Below, piece by piece: positions 21,141 to 30,278 of a DNA stretch of 64,000 nt. How positions within the stretch are numbered: position 1 is the first letter of the stretch; each line of letters starts with the position of its first letter. The stretch lies in assembly GCA_965203055.1 (NCBI GenBank), contig OZ241863.1, positions 1,312,001-1,376,000 of the forward strand, written 5' to 3'. Both the position numbers and the translations under genes were made by a program. The notes below the pieces were generated by a model. It searched no databases and was not told where the DNA came from. It saw only the letters and a list, made by a program, of their open reading frames with translations. This stretch comes from Spirochaetia bacterium. Its GTDB lineage: Bacteria; Spirochaetota; Spirochaetia; SZUA-6; Bin103.

Positions 21141-22559
21141 TCAGCGGGCTGGTTGAGCTTCCTGCGCTTGCCGGCGCAGGGCCTGATTGCGCAACGCCTG
21201 CTCGCTGACCCGTTCCGGGTCGACGATGTTCAACAGCTCCCGGTGCAGGGCGGCCCGCAGTGGGCGCCGGCCCTCGGCGGCGGCCAGGTCGGTGAACTCG
21301 CCGGGATCTTCGCGCAGGTCGAAGAGCTGCGGCGCGTGTCCTGCGTAGTAGTTGTACTTGTAGTCGCCGCGCCGGATCATGAACCCGCCGGTGAGCATGC
21401 CCTGGGCGTGGTACTCGCTGAACACCGCCCGGTTCGCGGCCTCCGCTCCCGGCCTCGGCCCGTCGAGAAGCTCCTTGAGACTGATGCCCGGCAGACCGTC
21501 CGGCGGCTCCAGGCCGGCGAGGTCGAGGATGGTCGGCAGCAGATCGACCAGCGACACGTTGGCGCCAATCCGCTGCCCGCCGGCCACGTGCGGCGCGCTG
21601 ACGATCAGCGGTACGCGCACCGACGACTCGTAGAAGCACTGCTTCTGCCAGATGCCGTGCCGGCCGGCCATCTCGCCGTGGTCGCTGAGGTAGATCACCA
21701 CCGTGTCGTCGCGCAGCGCGCTGCCTTCGACGACGCGCAGCATCCTCCCCACCAGGTCGTCGGTAAGGGTCACCAGCCCGTAGTAGCTGGCCAGCGCGCG
21801 CCGCTGCAGCGGCTCCGGCAACACCTCGTCATTGCGGAAGAAGTAGCGCAGTTGGCGGATCGCCGGGTGCTGATCCTGCAGGGTCTCGCCGCGCAGGTCA
21901 GCGGGAGTCACGCGCTCCGGGTCGTACTGCCGGTAGTAGCGCGGCGGGCAGGTGAGCGGAAAGTGCGGGTACATCAGGCCGCATACCAGCAGCCACGGGC
22001 GGCCGGAAGGGCAGGCCGCCTTGCCCTCCAGGAAGCGGGTGCTCAGGTCGGTCGCCGTGCGGTCGTAGTCGTACCAGGCGCCGCGCCCGGGACCGCACTC
22101 GGTGACGTGGGAATTGCTCGCGCGCCGCGCCTCCGGGGTGCGCCGCGGCGCGCCCCGGCCCGTCCACGAGTCCAGGTCATCGAGCAGCCGGGTGGTAAAG
22201 CCGCGCAGCCGGTCGCGGCCTACCAGGTGCGTGCGCCCGCACAGTACGGTTTCGTATCCGGCGGCGGTGAGGTAGTGGCCGAACGTCGGGACCTCGGCGG
22301 GCAGCGGCGCACCGTTGTCCCACACCCCGATCCGGTGGCTGTACTGCCCGGTGAGGAAGGACATGCGCGACGGACCGCAGATCGGGTTGTTGCAGTAGGC
22401 GCTGTCGAACACGGTTCCGCCGGCGGCGAGGCGGTCCAGGTTGGGGGTGCGCGCGAGCGGATGGCCGGCGCACCCCATCGCCGCCGGATCGTGCTCGTCC
22501 GACATGATGATGAGCAGGTTGGGCCGGCGTCCAGGTGTGGGAACGGGCTCCGGTGCCAC
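21141..22559 (-). CDS. Cys-type sulfatase (choline-sulfatase-like)
   Basis: PNLLIIMSDEH, ICGPSRMSFLTG, SDHGEM, WQKQCFYESSVRVP; start trimmed to GTG 22559 (uncertain). Confidence 0.9.
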   Translation of the reverse strand: MAPEPVPTPGRRPNLLIIMSDEHDPAAMGCAGHPLARTPNLDRLAAGGTVFDSAYCNNPICGPSRMSFLTGQYSHRIGVWDNGAPLPAEVPTFGHYLTAAGYETVLCGRTHLVGRDRLRGFTTRLLDDLDSWTGRGAPRRTPEARRASNSHVTECGPGRGAWYDYDRTATDLSTRFLEGKAACPSGRPWLLVCGLMYPHFPLTCPPRYYRQYDPERVTPADLRGETLQDQHPAIRQLRYFFRNDEVLPEPLQRRALASYYGLVTLTDDLVGRMLRVVEGSALRDDTVVIYLSDHGEMAGRHGIWQKQCFYESSVRVPLIVSAPHVAGGQRIGANVSLVDLLPTILDLAGLEPPDGLPGISLKELLDGPRPGAEAANRAVFSEYHAQGMLTGGFMIRRGDYKYNYYAGHAPQLFDLREDPGEFTDLAAAEGRRPLRAALHRELLNIVDPERVSEQALRNQALRRQAQEAQPAR

Positions 22560-22645
22560 TTCCGGCGGCGACCGTAGGTAAGCGTCAGGCCGCTTGGCGG
22601 CCAAGCCCGGTCCCAGGGTAAGGTGACGTTTCTCGGCGATCTTGA

Positions 22646-23428
22646 TCACCGGTCTACCGGCTCCTGCCGATCCTCGCCGGGGCGGCCGAATCCGGCGCCG
22701 GCGTGGCGGTAGCGATGATGGGCGGCGCACAGCAGCCGGAGATTGTTCGGCTCGGCGCCGCCGCCGCAGGCATACGGCACGACGTGATCGATCTGCAGCA
22801 GGTGTTGGGAGCCGCAGCGGCGCCCGCTGATGCGGTCCACGTAGCGGCAGCGGCCCCGGTCGCGCCGCCACACCTCGCGCTTGACCGCCGCCGGGATGGC
22901 GCGGCCGGTCACGCCGCCCGGCTTCGCTGCCGAAGTTTCGGTCCGCGGCGGCGCAGCCGGCTGCGCGCACGCCGCAGCCGGCCGGCCGAGGCGCCGCGTC
23001 TTCGGCGCCGAAGTGGCGTCGGTCGCCGGCTTCGCTGCCGAAGTGTCCGGGCGGTCAGCGGCTTCGTCTCCCGGCTGCGCCGCCGCCTGAGCCGATGCCT
23101 TCGCCGCCGAAGGAGCGGCGCTGTCCGCGCCGGCCTCCTGCTTCGCTGCCGAGGCAGCGCCGCGAGCCGAGGCCGCCTGCGTCTTCGGCGCCGAAGTTTG
23201 CTCGGCGCCTTTGGCCGGCGCGGCGCGCCGCCCGCGCGGCGGTCGGGCCGGGTCGTGGCGGTCGAGCCCTTCCCGCACCAGCCGCCCCATGAGCTGCCCC
23301 AGGCGGCGCTTCTGAATCTCGCGCAGGTGGTCGATGCGGGAAAGTTCCTTGGTCCGCTCCAGCAAGCGGTCGTCTGAGAGGGCGGAAACGGTAGTGGTGA
23401 CGGCCCCGGCGGAAGCCTGATTGTTCAT
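22646..23428 (-). CDS. HNH endonuclease, paralogue of 7822-9123 with two in-frame internal deletions (possibly a pseudogene)
   Basis: Shares TTVSALSD.RLLER.KELS, GQLMGRLVRE and the HNH domain (LQIDHVVPYACGG...NLRLLCAAHH), but lacks EHELEVVVI and the whole segment between RRL and GQLMG. Confidence 0.8.
   Translation of the reverse strand: MNNQASAGAVTTTVSALSDDRLLERTKELSRIDHLREIQKRRLGQLMGRLVREGLDRHDPARPPRGRRAAPAKGAEQTSAPKTQAASARGAASAAKQEAGADSAAPSAAKASAQAAAQPGDEAADRPDTSAAKPATDATSAPKTRRLGRPAAACAQPAAPPRTETSAAKPGGVTGRAIPAAVKREVWRRDRGRCRYVDRISGRRCGSQHLLQIDHVVPYACGGGAEPNNLRLLCAAHHRYRHAGAGFGRPGEDRQEPVDR
22922..23196. repeat. Six dispersed copies of a 14-bp palindromic motif CTTCG(GC/CT/CC)GCCGAAG in the HNH linker
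   Basis: Copies start at 22922, 23000, 23030, 23099, 23141 (ends GAGG) and 23183. Perfect copies also lie at 8164 and 8302 in the other HNH gene. Confidence 0.85.
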
Positions 23429-23434
23429 GACATA

Positions 23435-23463
23435 AGTATAATCATGGAAACTACTTGAGTCAA
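23435..23463 (-). promoter_or_regulatory. Near-consensus sigma70 promoter, leaderless geometry
   Basis: TTGACT-17nt-TATACT-6nt-ATG(23428). Confidence 0.8.
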
Positions 23464-23609
23464 GTTTCGTCGGGCTAGGAAACCGCAAGCGGCGTGATTC
23501 AGGGAGCATTTCCAAGCGACTGGACGTTCCATCAGATGCTACTGCCGAGAATGTCGCGGTCGGCAAAAGGGCGCGATCTGCCGGGTACCGAGGGGCCGGC
23601 TTTCGGCGC

Positions 23610-23760
23610 CCGCAGCGGGCTTCGGCGCTGGCGCGGGCGGCGTTGAGGGCAAGCAGGCGGGCGAGCACTTCGTCGCGGACTCCGGCGCGGTCCATGGCGG
23701 CGTGCAGCGCGGCGCGGTACTCGTAGTACGCCTTGCCGGCGGCTTCGAGGGCGGGATCGG
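23610..23760 (-). pseudogene. Collapsed C-terminal remnant of a type IIG/IIL (Eco57I/MmeI-like) restriction-modification enzyme
   Basis: PALEAAGKAYYEYRAAL|HAAMDRA|GVRDEVLARLLALNAARA: three motifs that, as I recall them, are separated by tens of residues in intact enzymes, fused here. Confidence 0.6.
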
Positions 23761-23849
23761 TACCAACAAATTGGAAGCGCGCCCCCGCGCCTGGAGGCGC
23801 AAGACCGCCCACGGGAATTCCTGATAACCCGGTTTCGCGGCGCGAAGGC

Positions 23850-23877
23850 TTGACCTGATCGGCGGACCTGCTAAGAT
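23850..23877 (+). promoter_or_regulatory. Probable promoter of the NHLP precursor
   Basis: TTGACC-16nt-TAAGAT with TGC before the -10 box; SD GAGGAGAGG before ATG 23947. Confidence 0.5.
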
Positions 23878-23946
23878 TCGATGACCTAGTGAGCGGCACG
23901 CCGTCTCGCCTTGAGCGACGTCGCGTGAGCTGCCGAGGAGAGGAAC

Positions 23947-24224
23947 ATGGGCGAGAAAACGATGACCGCCAGTGCTCTGCGCCAGCACCTGATCGACAAG
24001 GCGACCGCGGACAGCGAGTTTCGCAACCAACTGGTAGCGGAACCCAAGGCCGCGATCGAGGCGGAAACCGGCCTCACCGTGCCCTCCGAGTTCAACGTCG
24101 AGGTGCACCAGGACACGGCGACTACCGGTCACCTGGTCCTGCCGCCTCCGCCGAGCTCGGAGAAGCCGATCTGGCGCAGGCCGCCGGCGGCTACGACTGG
24201 TCCACTTTTGGACAAAACTGGTAG
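23947..24224 (+). pseudogene. NHLP (nitrile hydratase-like leader, proteusin-type) RiPP precursor, 1-nt frameshift near 24146
   Basis: Leader LIDKATADSEFRNQLVAEPKAAIEAETG...VEVHQD...HLVLPP continues in another frame as SAELGEADLAQAAGG|YDWSTFGQNW* (double-glycine site followed by a 10-aa core). Confidence 0.85.
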
Positions 24225-24335
24225 CCGCCGGCCGCTACGGGTGTCCTGCCCCACCGGCGGGCACACTCAGCGCTATAGGCCGCCCCCGCCTGGTCTTGAT
24301 TGCCGCTCTCCGGATCATACTGCTACGATGCGGTA

Positions 24336-25412
24336 ATGAGCCCCGGACGCGAGTCCCGCCCCCGCTACGACGAGCGGTACAAGATGCTGTTCGCCTTCCC
24401 GCGCATGGTCCAAGACCTCGTGCGCGCCTTCTTCAGCGGCGAGCAGCTCGCTACCGTTGACTTCTCGACGCTGCAGAAGCTGTCGGCGGAGTACGTCAGC
24501 GACGAGTTGCTGAAGCGCCACGGGGACGCCGTATGGCGGCTGCGGGTGGGAGACGAGTGGGCCTATCTGCTGGTGCTGCTGGAGTTCCAGTCGCGCGATG
24601 ACTACTACATGGCGTTGCGCATCCTGGTCTACGTCAGCCTGATGTACCAGGAGTGGTTGCGCAACGAGAGTCGGAGGAGGCGGGACGGACAGGACGGGCA
24701 GGAGGCGCGCCGCTTGCCGGCGGTGCTGCCGGTAGTGCTCTACAACGGCACGGCGCCGTGGGACGCGCCGCAGGAAGTGGGCGAGTTGATCGCGCCGGTG
24801 GGGCAGTGGCTGGCGGCGTACCAGCCGGCGCAGCGCTACTTCGTAGTGGACGAGCAGCGGGTCGGGGCGGACACGGTGCCGCGCGGGAATCTGATGCGGG
24901 CGGTGGTGGGGCTGGAGCAGAGTCGGTCGCCGGAGGACTTGTTGCGGGTAGCGAACGCGCTGGCGGAGTGGCTGGCGGGGTCGGAACACGAGGAGTTGCG
25001 ACGGGTGTTCGAGGACTGGCTGCGGAGTTCGATGGAGCGGATCAAGCGGAAGGGGGAGAAGCTGCCGGAGATGAAGAACCTGGAGGAGGTACGGATGACG
25101 CTGGAAGATCGAGTGAAGGAGTGGCCGGCGCAGTGGATGCGGGAAGGCCGCGAGCAAGGCCTTGCGCAGGGACTTGAGCAAGGACTTGCGCAGGGACTTG
25201 AGCAAGGCCGCGAGCAGGGACTTGAACACGAACGAGCGCTGTTGCGCCGTATGGCAGCGTTGCGGTTCGGTGCGGAGGCCGGCGAGCGTGCGGCGGCTCT
25301 GATGGCGGATATCGGGGAAGCGGATCAACTGGCCGACGTCGGCGACTGCCTGGTGCAGTCCGGCGACGGCGACCAATTTCTGGCACGAGTAGCGTCTATC
25401 GCGCAGGCGTGA
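24336..25412 (+). CDS. Rpn family recombination-promoting nuclease / putative transposase (PD-(D/E)XK)
   Basis: DERYKMLF, HGDAVWRL, LLEFQS, MALRILVY, LPAVLPVVLYNG, C-terminal xEQG repeats; TACGAT-6nt-ATG start. Confidence 0.93.
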   Translation: MSPGRESRPRYDERYKMLFAFPRMVQDLVRAFFSGEQLATVDFSTLQKLSAEYVSDELLKRHGDAVWRLRVGDEWAYLLVLLEFQSRDDYYMALRILVYVSLMYQEWLRNESRRRRDGQDGQEARRLPAVLPVVLYNGTAPWDAPQEVGELIAPVGQWLAAYQPAQRYFVVDEQRVGADTVPRGNLMRAVVGLEQSRSPEDLLRVANALAEWLAGSEHEELRRVFEDWLRSSMERIKRKGEKLPEMKNLEEVRMTLEDRVKEWPAQWMREGREQGLAQGLEQGLAQGLEQGREQGLEHERALLRRMAALRFGAEAGERAAALMADIGEADQLADVGDCLVQSGDGDQFLARVASIAQA

Positions 25413-25532
25413 TGGCAGTCAGATCGTGCTCGGTGAGACGGAACCGCGCGAGTTGCGAGCGGACGAAGCTGTCGTAGACGTCGCCCAGGCGCTCCTGGTA
25501 TTCCTCGTCGAGGTCGTTGTGCCACTGCTTGA
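25396..25532 (-). pseudogene. pglX: Last ~44 codons of pglX (duplicate tail)
   Basis: KQWHNDLDEEYQERLGDVYDSFVRSQLARFRLTEHDLTAITPAR* matches the end of 30279-33920 with Q>E and F>Y changes. Confidence 0.92.
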
Positions 25533-25645
25533 CGAGTACCGGCAGCTCAGGAGCCAACCCAACGGCACGGCTGCGGCGGGCGGCGACGGGACCTGACGAC
25601 GCGCCCGAATCTGCCTGCGACCGCGGTGAACGAGGAGAATCCTGC

Positions 25646-26839
25646 ATGCCGGTGAATGCTCAGTGGCGCCCGTTGGCGGAGGTGCGCAAGGAGTTGCGGG
25701 TGCGGTGGTACCGCAGCCCGATCGAACCGGCGAAGCTGCGCGAGTTGATGCGACGCAGCGACCTGCGCGGCGCGTTCCAGGCCGTGGGGCACTTGGCGCT
25801 GGCCGCCGGCACCGGCGCGCTGACCTACTATCTGTTCACCCAGCGGCTGTGGGCGGCGTTCGCGCTGGCGCTGCTGTTCCACGGCGGCGTGACCAGCTTC
25901 TTCTTTGCCGCCTGCCACGAGCTGGATCACGGCACGGTGTTCAAGACCAAGTGGCTCAACCGCTTGTTCCTGCGCATCTACGCGTTTCTGGCGTGGTTCA
26001 ACTACCACGACTACGCGCTCAGCCACACCTATCATCACCGTTACACGCTGCACCCGGACGGCGACCGCGAAGTGGTGCTGCCCAAGACGCCGTCGCTGCG
26101 CGCGCTCTACCTGCTGCAGTTGTGCACCTTCAGCGTCACCGGCGGCTTCGAGTCCAACGGATTGATCCCGCTGCTGCACGGCGTGGGCGGCACCGCCTTC
26201 GGCTTCTTCCCCGGCCCTTCGGCGCGGAGCGCCCCGGGGGCTGCCGGGCGCGTCGGCGAGGCGTGGGTGCGGGCGCTGTACGAAGCTCACCCCGAGGAGC
26301 GCGCCAAGTCGGTGCGCTGGGCGCGGCTGACGCTGCTGGGCCATGCCCTGGTGATCGTTGCCGGGGCGGCGTCCGGACTCTGGCTGCTGCCGCTGCTGGT
26401 GAGCTTCCCGCTGCTGTTCGGCAACGTGTGGCGCTACTTCGTGGGCGTGCCGATGCACTGCGGTCTGCGCGACAACGTGCCCGACTTCCGCAAGTGCGTG
26501 CGTTCGATCACGTTGGACCCGCTGTCCACGTTCGTGTACTGGCGCATGAACTGGCACCTGGAGCACCACATGTACGCGGGCGTGCCGTGCTACAACCTGC
26601 GCCGCCTGCGCCGCGCGCTGGCTGCCGACCTGCCGCCGGCGCGCACGTTGTTCGGCGCCTGGCGCGAGATGCGCGCCATCTGGAAGCGGCAGCAGAGTGA
26701 GCCCGGCTACCAGTACGACACCCCGGTGCCGGCGCCGGCGCGCGCCGCGGCGTCCGCCGGCCGCAACGACGACGATGATGATCTCGGCGCCTCGATCGGC
26801 GACCTGGCGCCCGGGATCCTGGCCCGCGCCGGCGCTTAG
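25646..26839 (+). CDS. Fatty acid desaturase family membrane di-iron protein
   Basis: Histidine boxes HELDH, HTYHH, HLEHH and TM segments; SD GAGGAG before ATG 25646. Confidence 0.88.
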   Translation: MPVNAQWRPLAEVRKELRVRWYRSPIEPAKLRELMRRSDLRGAFQAVGHLALAAGTGALTYYLFTQRLWAAFALALLFHGGVTSFFFAACHELDHGTVFKTKWLNRLFLRIYAFLAWFNYHDYALSHTYHHRYTLHPDGDREVVLPKTPSLRALYLLQLCTFSVTGGFESNGLIPLLHGVGGTAFGFFPGPSARSAPGAAGRVGEAWVRALYEAHPEERAKSVRWARLTLLGHALVIVAGAASGLWLLPLLVSFPLLFGNVWRYFVGVPMHCGLRDNVPDFRKCVRSITLDPLSTFVYWRMNWHLEHHMYAGVPCYNLRRLRRALAADLPPARTLFGAWREMRAIWKRQQSEPGYQYDTPVPAPARAAASAGRNDDDDDLGASIGDLAPGILARAGA

Positions 26840-26872
26840 CCGGCCGCCCGGCGCAGGCTTACTCTAATCTAA

Positions 26873-27694
26873 CTAACGGTCGCCGCCGCCGATGGAGGCC
26901 AGCCCCCTGCGGAAGTAGGCCCCGACCGTGAAGTAGAGCACGATGACCGGCAGCATGTAGATCAGGCACATGGTCGCCAGCTTGGGGAAGTCCACGTCCT
27001 CGTCCAGTCCGAAGGCGGTGAACAGCCCCACGGAGACCGGGTACCGGTCGGTACTGCTGAGCAGCACCAGGGGCATGATGAAGCCGCCCCACGCGGCATC
27101 GAACGACAACACGCCCACCGCGCCGATTCCGGGCACGATGAGCGGCAGGACCACCGCGCGGAGGATCTTCAGCCGGGTGGCCCCGTCGAGTTGCGCCGCC
27201 TCCTCCAGTTCGACCGGCACGGCGTCGATCGAGCCCTTCATGATCCACAGGTTGAACGGCGTGGTGATGCCGACGTACACCAGGATCAGGCCGAAGTGAG
27301 TGTCGAGCAGCCCCAGCGCCAGCATCATCCCGAACACCGGTACGATGATCAGCGTCGATGGAATGACGCGGGTGAGGATGATCGCGTACATCAGCGTCGC
27401 CTTGCCGCGGAACGTGCCCCGCGACAGGGCGTAGCCGCCGGTCACGCTGGCGGCCAGCGCGAGCACGGTGGTGGAGCCGGCGATGAGCAGGCTGTTGCGC
27501 GTCCAGCGCAGGGTCTGTCCGGTGAACGCCGCGCGCAGATTGTCGAACGTGGGCTGCGCCGGGAGGCGCAACCGCAGATTCGCCTGCGTCGAGAGTGAGG
27601 TGAAGATCAGCCACAGGTAGGGCGCGAACACGTAGATCAGCAGGACCGCGAACGCCAGATAGACGGCGCCGCGCAGCAGCCTAGACCGCAACAC
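26873..27694 (-). CDS. Carbohydrate ABC permease
   Basis: ELEEAAQLDGA; multiple TM segments. Confidence 0.9.
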   Translation of the reverse strand: MLRSRLLRGAVYLAFAVLLIYVFAPYLWLIFTSLSTQANLRLRLPAQPTFDNLRAAFTGQTLRWTRNSLLIAGSTTVLALAASVTGGYALSRGTFRGKATLMYAIILTRVIPSTLIIVPVFGMMLALGLLDTHFGLILVYVGITTPFNLWIMKGSIDAVPVELEEAAQLDGATRLKILRAVVLPLIVPGIGAVGVLSFDAAWGGFIMPLVLLSSTDRYPVSVGLFTAFGLDEDVDFPKLATMCLIYMLPVIVLYFTVGAYFRRGLASIGGGDR

Positions 27695-28550
27695 GGTTCA
27701 GCCTGATGTAGAGCAGCCCCAGTCCCACCGTCAGCGCCAGAATCACGGTGCTCGCCGCGCCGGCGTAGCCGAGGGCCATCTGCTGGAACGCCTCGTTGTA
27801 GAGGTAGATGGCGAATACCTCGGTGCGCCCGAGCGGACCGCCGCCGGTCAGCCCGTACACCATGTCGAACGCCAGCAGGGTGCCGAAGGTGCTCATCAGC
27901 ACGGTCAGCAGGATGCTGTAGCGGATCATCGGGAGCTTGATTCGCAGGAAGGTCTGCCAGGCGGAGGCGCCGTCGATCTTGGAGGCGTCGTAGACGGTTG
28001 AGGGAATGCTCTCCAGACCTGACGACAGCAGGATGAACGCCACCGCCATGCCGCGCGACCAGTTGGCCATGAGAATGGAGATCAGCGGGTAGTTGCGCAG
28101 CCAGTCGATGCGCGTCAGGCCGATGAGCTGCAGCAGATCGTTGAGCGAGCCGTAGTCGACGTTCAGTACGCTGCGCCACATGTAGCCGACCACCAGGCCC
28201 GGCGTCAGCCACGGAATGAGCATGCTCACCGAGATCACCTTGGTGAAGCGGATGCGCGGCACTCTGATCAGGTTGGCATACAGCAGGCCAAGCGCGACGT
28301 GCCCGATCACGGCCAGCAGCACGAAGGAAAAGGTGACCGCGGCGCTGTTGTAGAAGTCGCGGTCCTGCAGCAGGCGCGCGAAGTTGCGCAGGCCGACGAA
28401 GCTCACCCCGCGGGTTGCATCGGCCCACAGGTTGAAGTCGGTGAACCCGAGGGCGAAGGTCCAGAAGAACGGCGCCACGAACACGGCCATGATCATGGCC
28501 AGTCCCGGCACGAGAAACAGATAGGGTTGTCGCCGCAGTCGTTGCGCCAC
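27681..28550 (-). CDS. Carbohydrate ABC permease
   Basis: FVGLRNF, VYDASKIDGA, LTGGGP. Confidence 0.9.
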   Translation of the reverse strand: MAQRLRRQPYLFLVPGLAMIMAVFVAPFFWTFALGFTDFNLWADATRGVSFVGLRNFARLLQDRDFYNSAAVTFSFVLLAVIGHVALGLLYANLIRVPRIRFTKVISVSMLIPWLTPGLVVGYMWRSVLNVDYGSLNDLLQLIGLTRIDWLRNYPLISILMANWSRGMAVAFILLSSGLESIPSTVYDASKIDGASAWQTFLRIKLPMIRYSILLTVLMSTFGTLLAFDMVYGLTGGGPLGRTEVFAIYLYNEAFQQMALGYAGAASTVILALTVGLGLLYIRLNRVAV

Positions 28551-28576
28551 CGGCGCGCCTTCAGCTTCCTCCCGCG

Positions 28577-29989
28577 CTAGAACTCGTAGTCCAGCTTGAC
28601 CCTGTCCGGCCCCATGAGCTGCTCCATCTCACGCGCGAAGTTGCGCATTGCCTCGACTGCGGTCCACTCGCCGATGATGATCCGGCCCACCGCTTCGCGG
28701 ATCGCATTGTCGGGGCCGCCGGCAAAGCCGGCCACGAAGTGCGGCTTCATGTAGGTGTATTCCAGCCAGGTGCTGGTCTCGGCGAGGAACTCGTTCGCCT
28801 GGAAGGTGGGGTGCCGCATCACGTCCCAGCGGGTCGCCGCCTGCCCCTTGGTGGCGTTGTACTTGGCCTGGCGCTCGGTGGCGGAGAGAAATTCGATCAG
28901 TTGCCACGCGAGGTCGGCCCGCTCGGTGCTGCTGGCGGGTATCATGTAGTTCCAGCCGCCCGACTGCGACACCCAGTCCTGCCCGCGGAAGCTGGCGCCG
29001 GGTTCCTTGGCCGGCATCCTGGCGTAGCCCACGGTCTCTTGCAGGTCGGGGATCGGGTGCGACCGGCCTTCGCTCCAGTGGAACATGTAGGCCCACGAAC
29101 CGTACAGGTTGATCGCGCCGGCGCCACTCTGGAAGGCCTCGATCGACCAGTCGTTGGCCTGTCCGCCAACCGCGCGCTCGGGATCGAGCAGGCCGCGCTC
29201 GGTCATGGTCTGGTAGAACTCGAACACGTCCAGGAGCGGCTGGCTGGCGACGATCCACTTGTCGTCGTCGTAGTCGTAGAGCTGGCCGCCGGCGCCGTTG
29301 AACAGCAGGTTGAAGCGGCTGAACGTTACCTGCCCGCCGGCTTCCTTGCCGCCGATGAACAGCAGCGGCGTGACCTCGGGGAGGGCGGCCTTGATCTGCT
29401 CCGCGGCGGCGAGGATCTCGTCCCAACTGGTCGGCTGCCAGTCGCGGTCGAGCCCGGCCTGGGCGAACAGGTCCTTGCGGTAGTAGAGGGGAATGGCGCT
29501 GGACTGAATCGGGATCATGTAGACGTGGCCGTCGTGGCCCATCCAGCGGACGAACGGGTCGATCACCTGATCCCACAGCTCCCAATCCGCCACGTAGTCG
29601 TCGAGCGGCATCAGAAACCCGGCGCGCATGTAGTTCTGCGAGCGGCCCGTTTCCTCGAACAACAGATCGGGCCCCTGGCCGGAGCGCAGCTCCAGGGTGT
29701 TCTTGGTGGCGTATTCCGCGTTCGGACCCGCGAACCGCTGCAGATCGACGGTTACCGGGGTACCGGCGGCGGCCATCATCCGCTCGAACTCCGCGACGTC
29801 GGCGTCGGTGTCGGCGTCGAAACCGGGTGTGTTGGGCCGCAGCTTGAAGGTGAGCACCACCGGCTCGCCCGGCTCGGCAGGCTCGGCCGCGGTTCCCTCC
29901 TGGCCGGCCGCGCCCAGCGGGATGGCGGCCACCCCGGCCAGCAACAACGCGGTCACTACGTACTTCGCGAGCTTGGCATTCATCATCAA
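28577..29989 (-). CDS. Carbohydrate ABC solute-binding protein
   Basis: Signal peptide, LYYRKDLFAQAG, PTSWDEI. Confidence 0.9.
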   Translation of the reverse strand: MMMNAKLAKYVVTALLLAGVAAIPLGAAGQEGTAAEPAEPGEPVVLTFKLRPNTPGFDADTDADVAEFERMMAAAGTPVTVDLQRFAGPNAEYATKNTLELRSGQGPDLLFEETGRSQNYMRAGFLMPLDDYVADWELWDQVIDPFVRWMGHDGHVYMIPIQSSAIPLYYRKDLFAQAGLDRDWQPTSWDEILAAAEQIKAALPEVTPLLFIGGKEAGGQVTFSRFNLLFNGAGGQLYDYDDDKWIVASQPLLDVFEFYQTMTERGLLDPERAVGGQANDWSIEAFQSGAGAINLYGSWAYMFHWSEGRSHPIPDLQETVGYARMPAKEPGASFRGQDWVSQSGGWNYMIPASSTERADLAWQLIEFLSATERQAKYNATKGQAATRWDVMRHPTFQANEFLAETSTWLEYTYMKPHFVAGFAGGPDNAIREAVGRIIIGEWTAVEAMRNFAREMEQLMGPDRVKLDYEF

Positions 29990-30050
29990 TCGCCTCCCTT
30001 ACGCTCTGCGCCGCCGTCCGGCAGCACTACACTGTCCGGCGGCGCCGCCT

Positions 30051-30079
30051 ATTGTGAACCGTGATCCGCGGTCTTGCAA
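30051..30079 (-). promoter_or_regulatory. Probable promoter of the ABC operon
   Basis: TTGCAA-17nt-CACAAT on the minus strand upstream of 29989. Confidence 0.45.
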
Positions 30080-30278
30080 ATGCGGGTAGGCGTTGGGGGG
30101 CGTCGGGCGGCTGGCGGCCGCGAACCGGACGTGACCCCTTGCGAAGATCTGCCGTAGATTGTCGGATCAACGGAATGCCGCCGCTATCTGATCGGAGCGG
30201 AGACGCCGCTCCGTCGCTGCTCACCCATTATCTGAGCGAGGCCATCGACATCCTTGATGGCCGAACCGGGGCTCGCTG

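Larger units (their letters stand above)
24219..25532 (+). repeat. Left arm of ~1.3-kb inverted repeat (Rpn gene plus pglX 3' tail)
   Basis: Reverse complement of 33784-35134 apart from scattered substitutions and the number of 12-bp repeats. Confidence 0.95.

Noticed and set aside
22922..23196. CRISPR array interpretation of the palindromic repeats
   Set aside because: The repeats are only 14 bp, spacing is irregular (30-78 nt), they are in frame within a CDS, and no cas genes are present.
23947..24336. 129-aa ORF as the real NHLP product
   Set aside because: After LVLPP it loses the leader consensus; the ELxxxxLxxxAGG motif and core are in the other frame.
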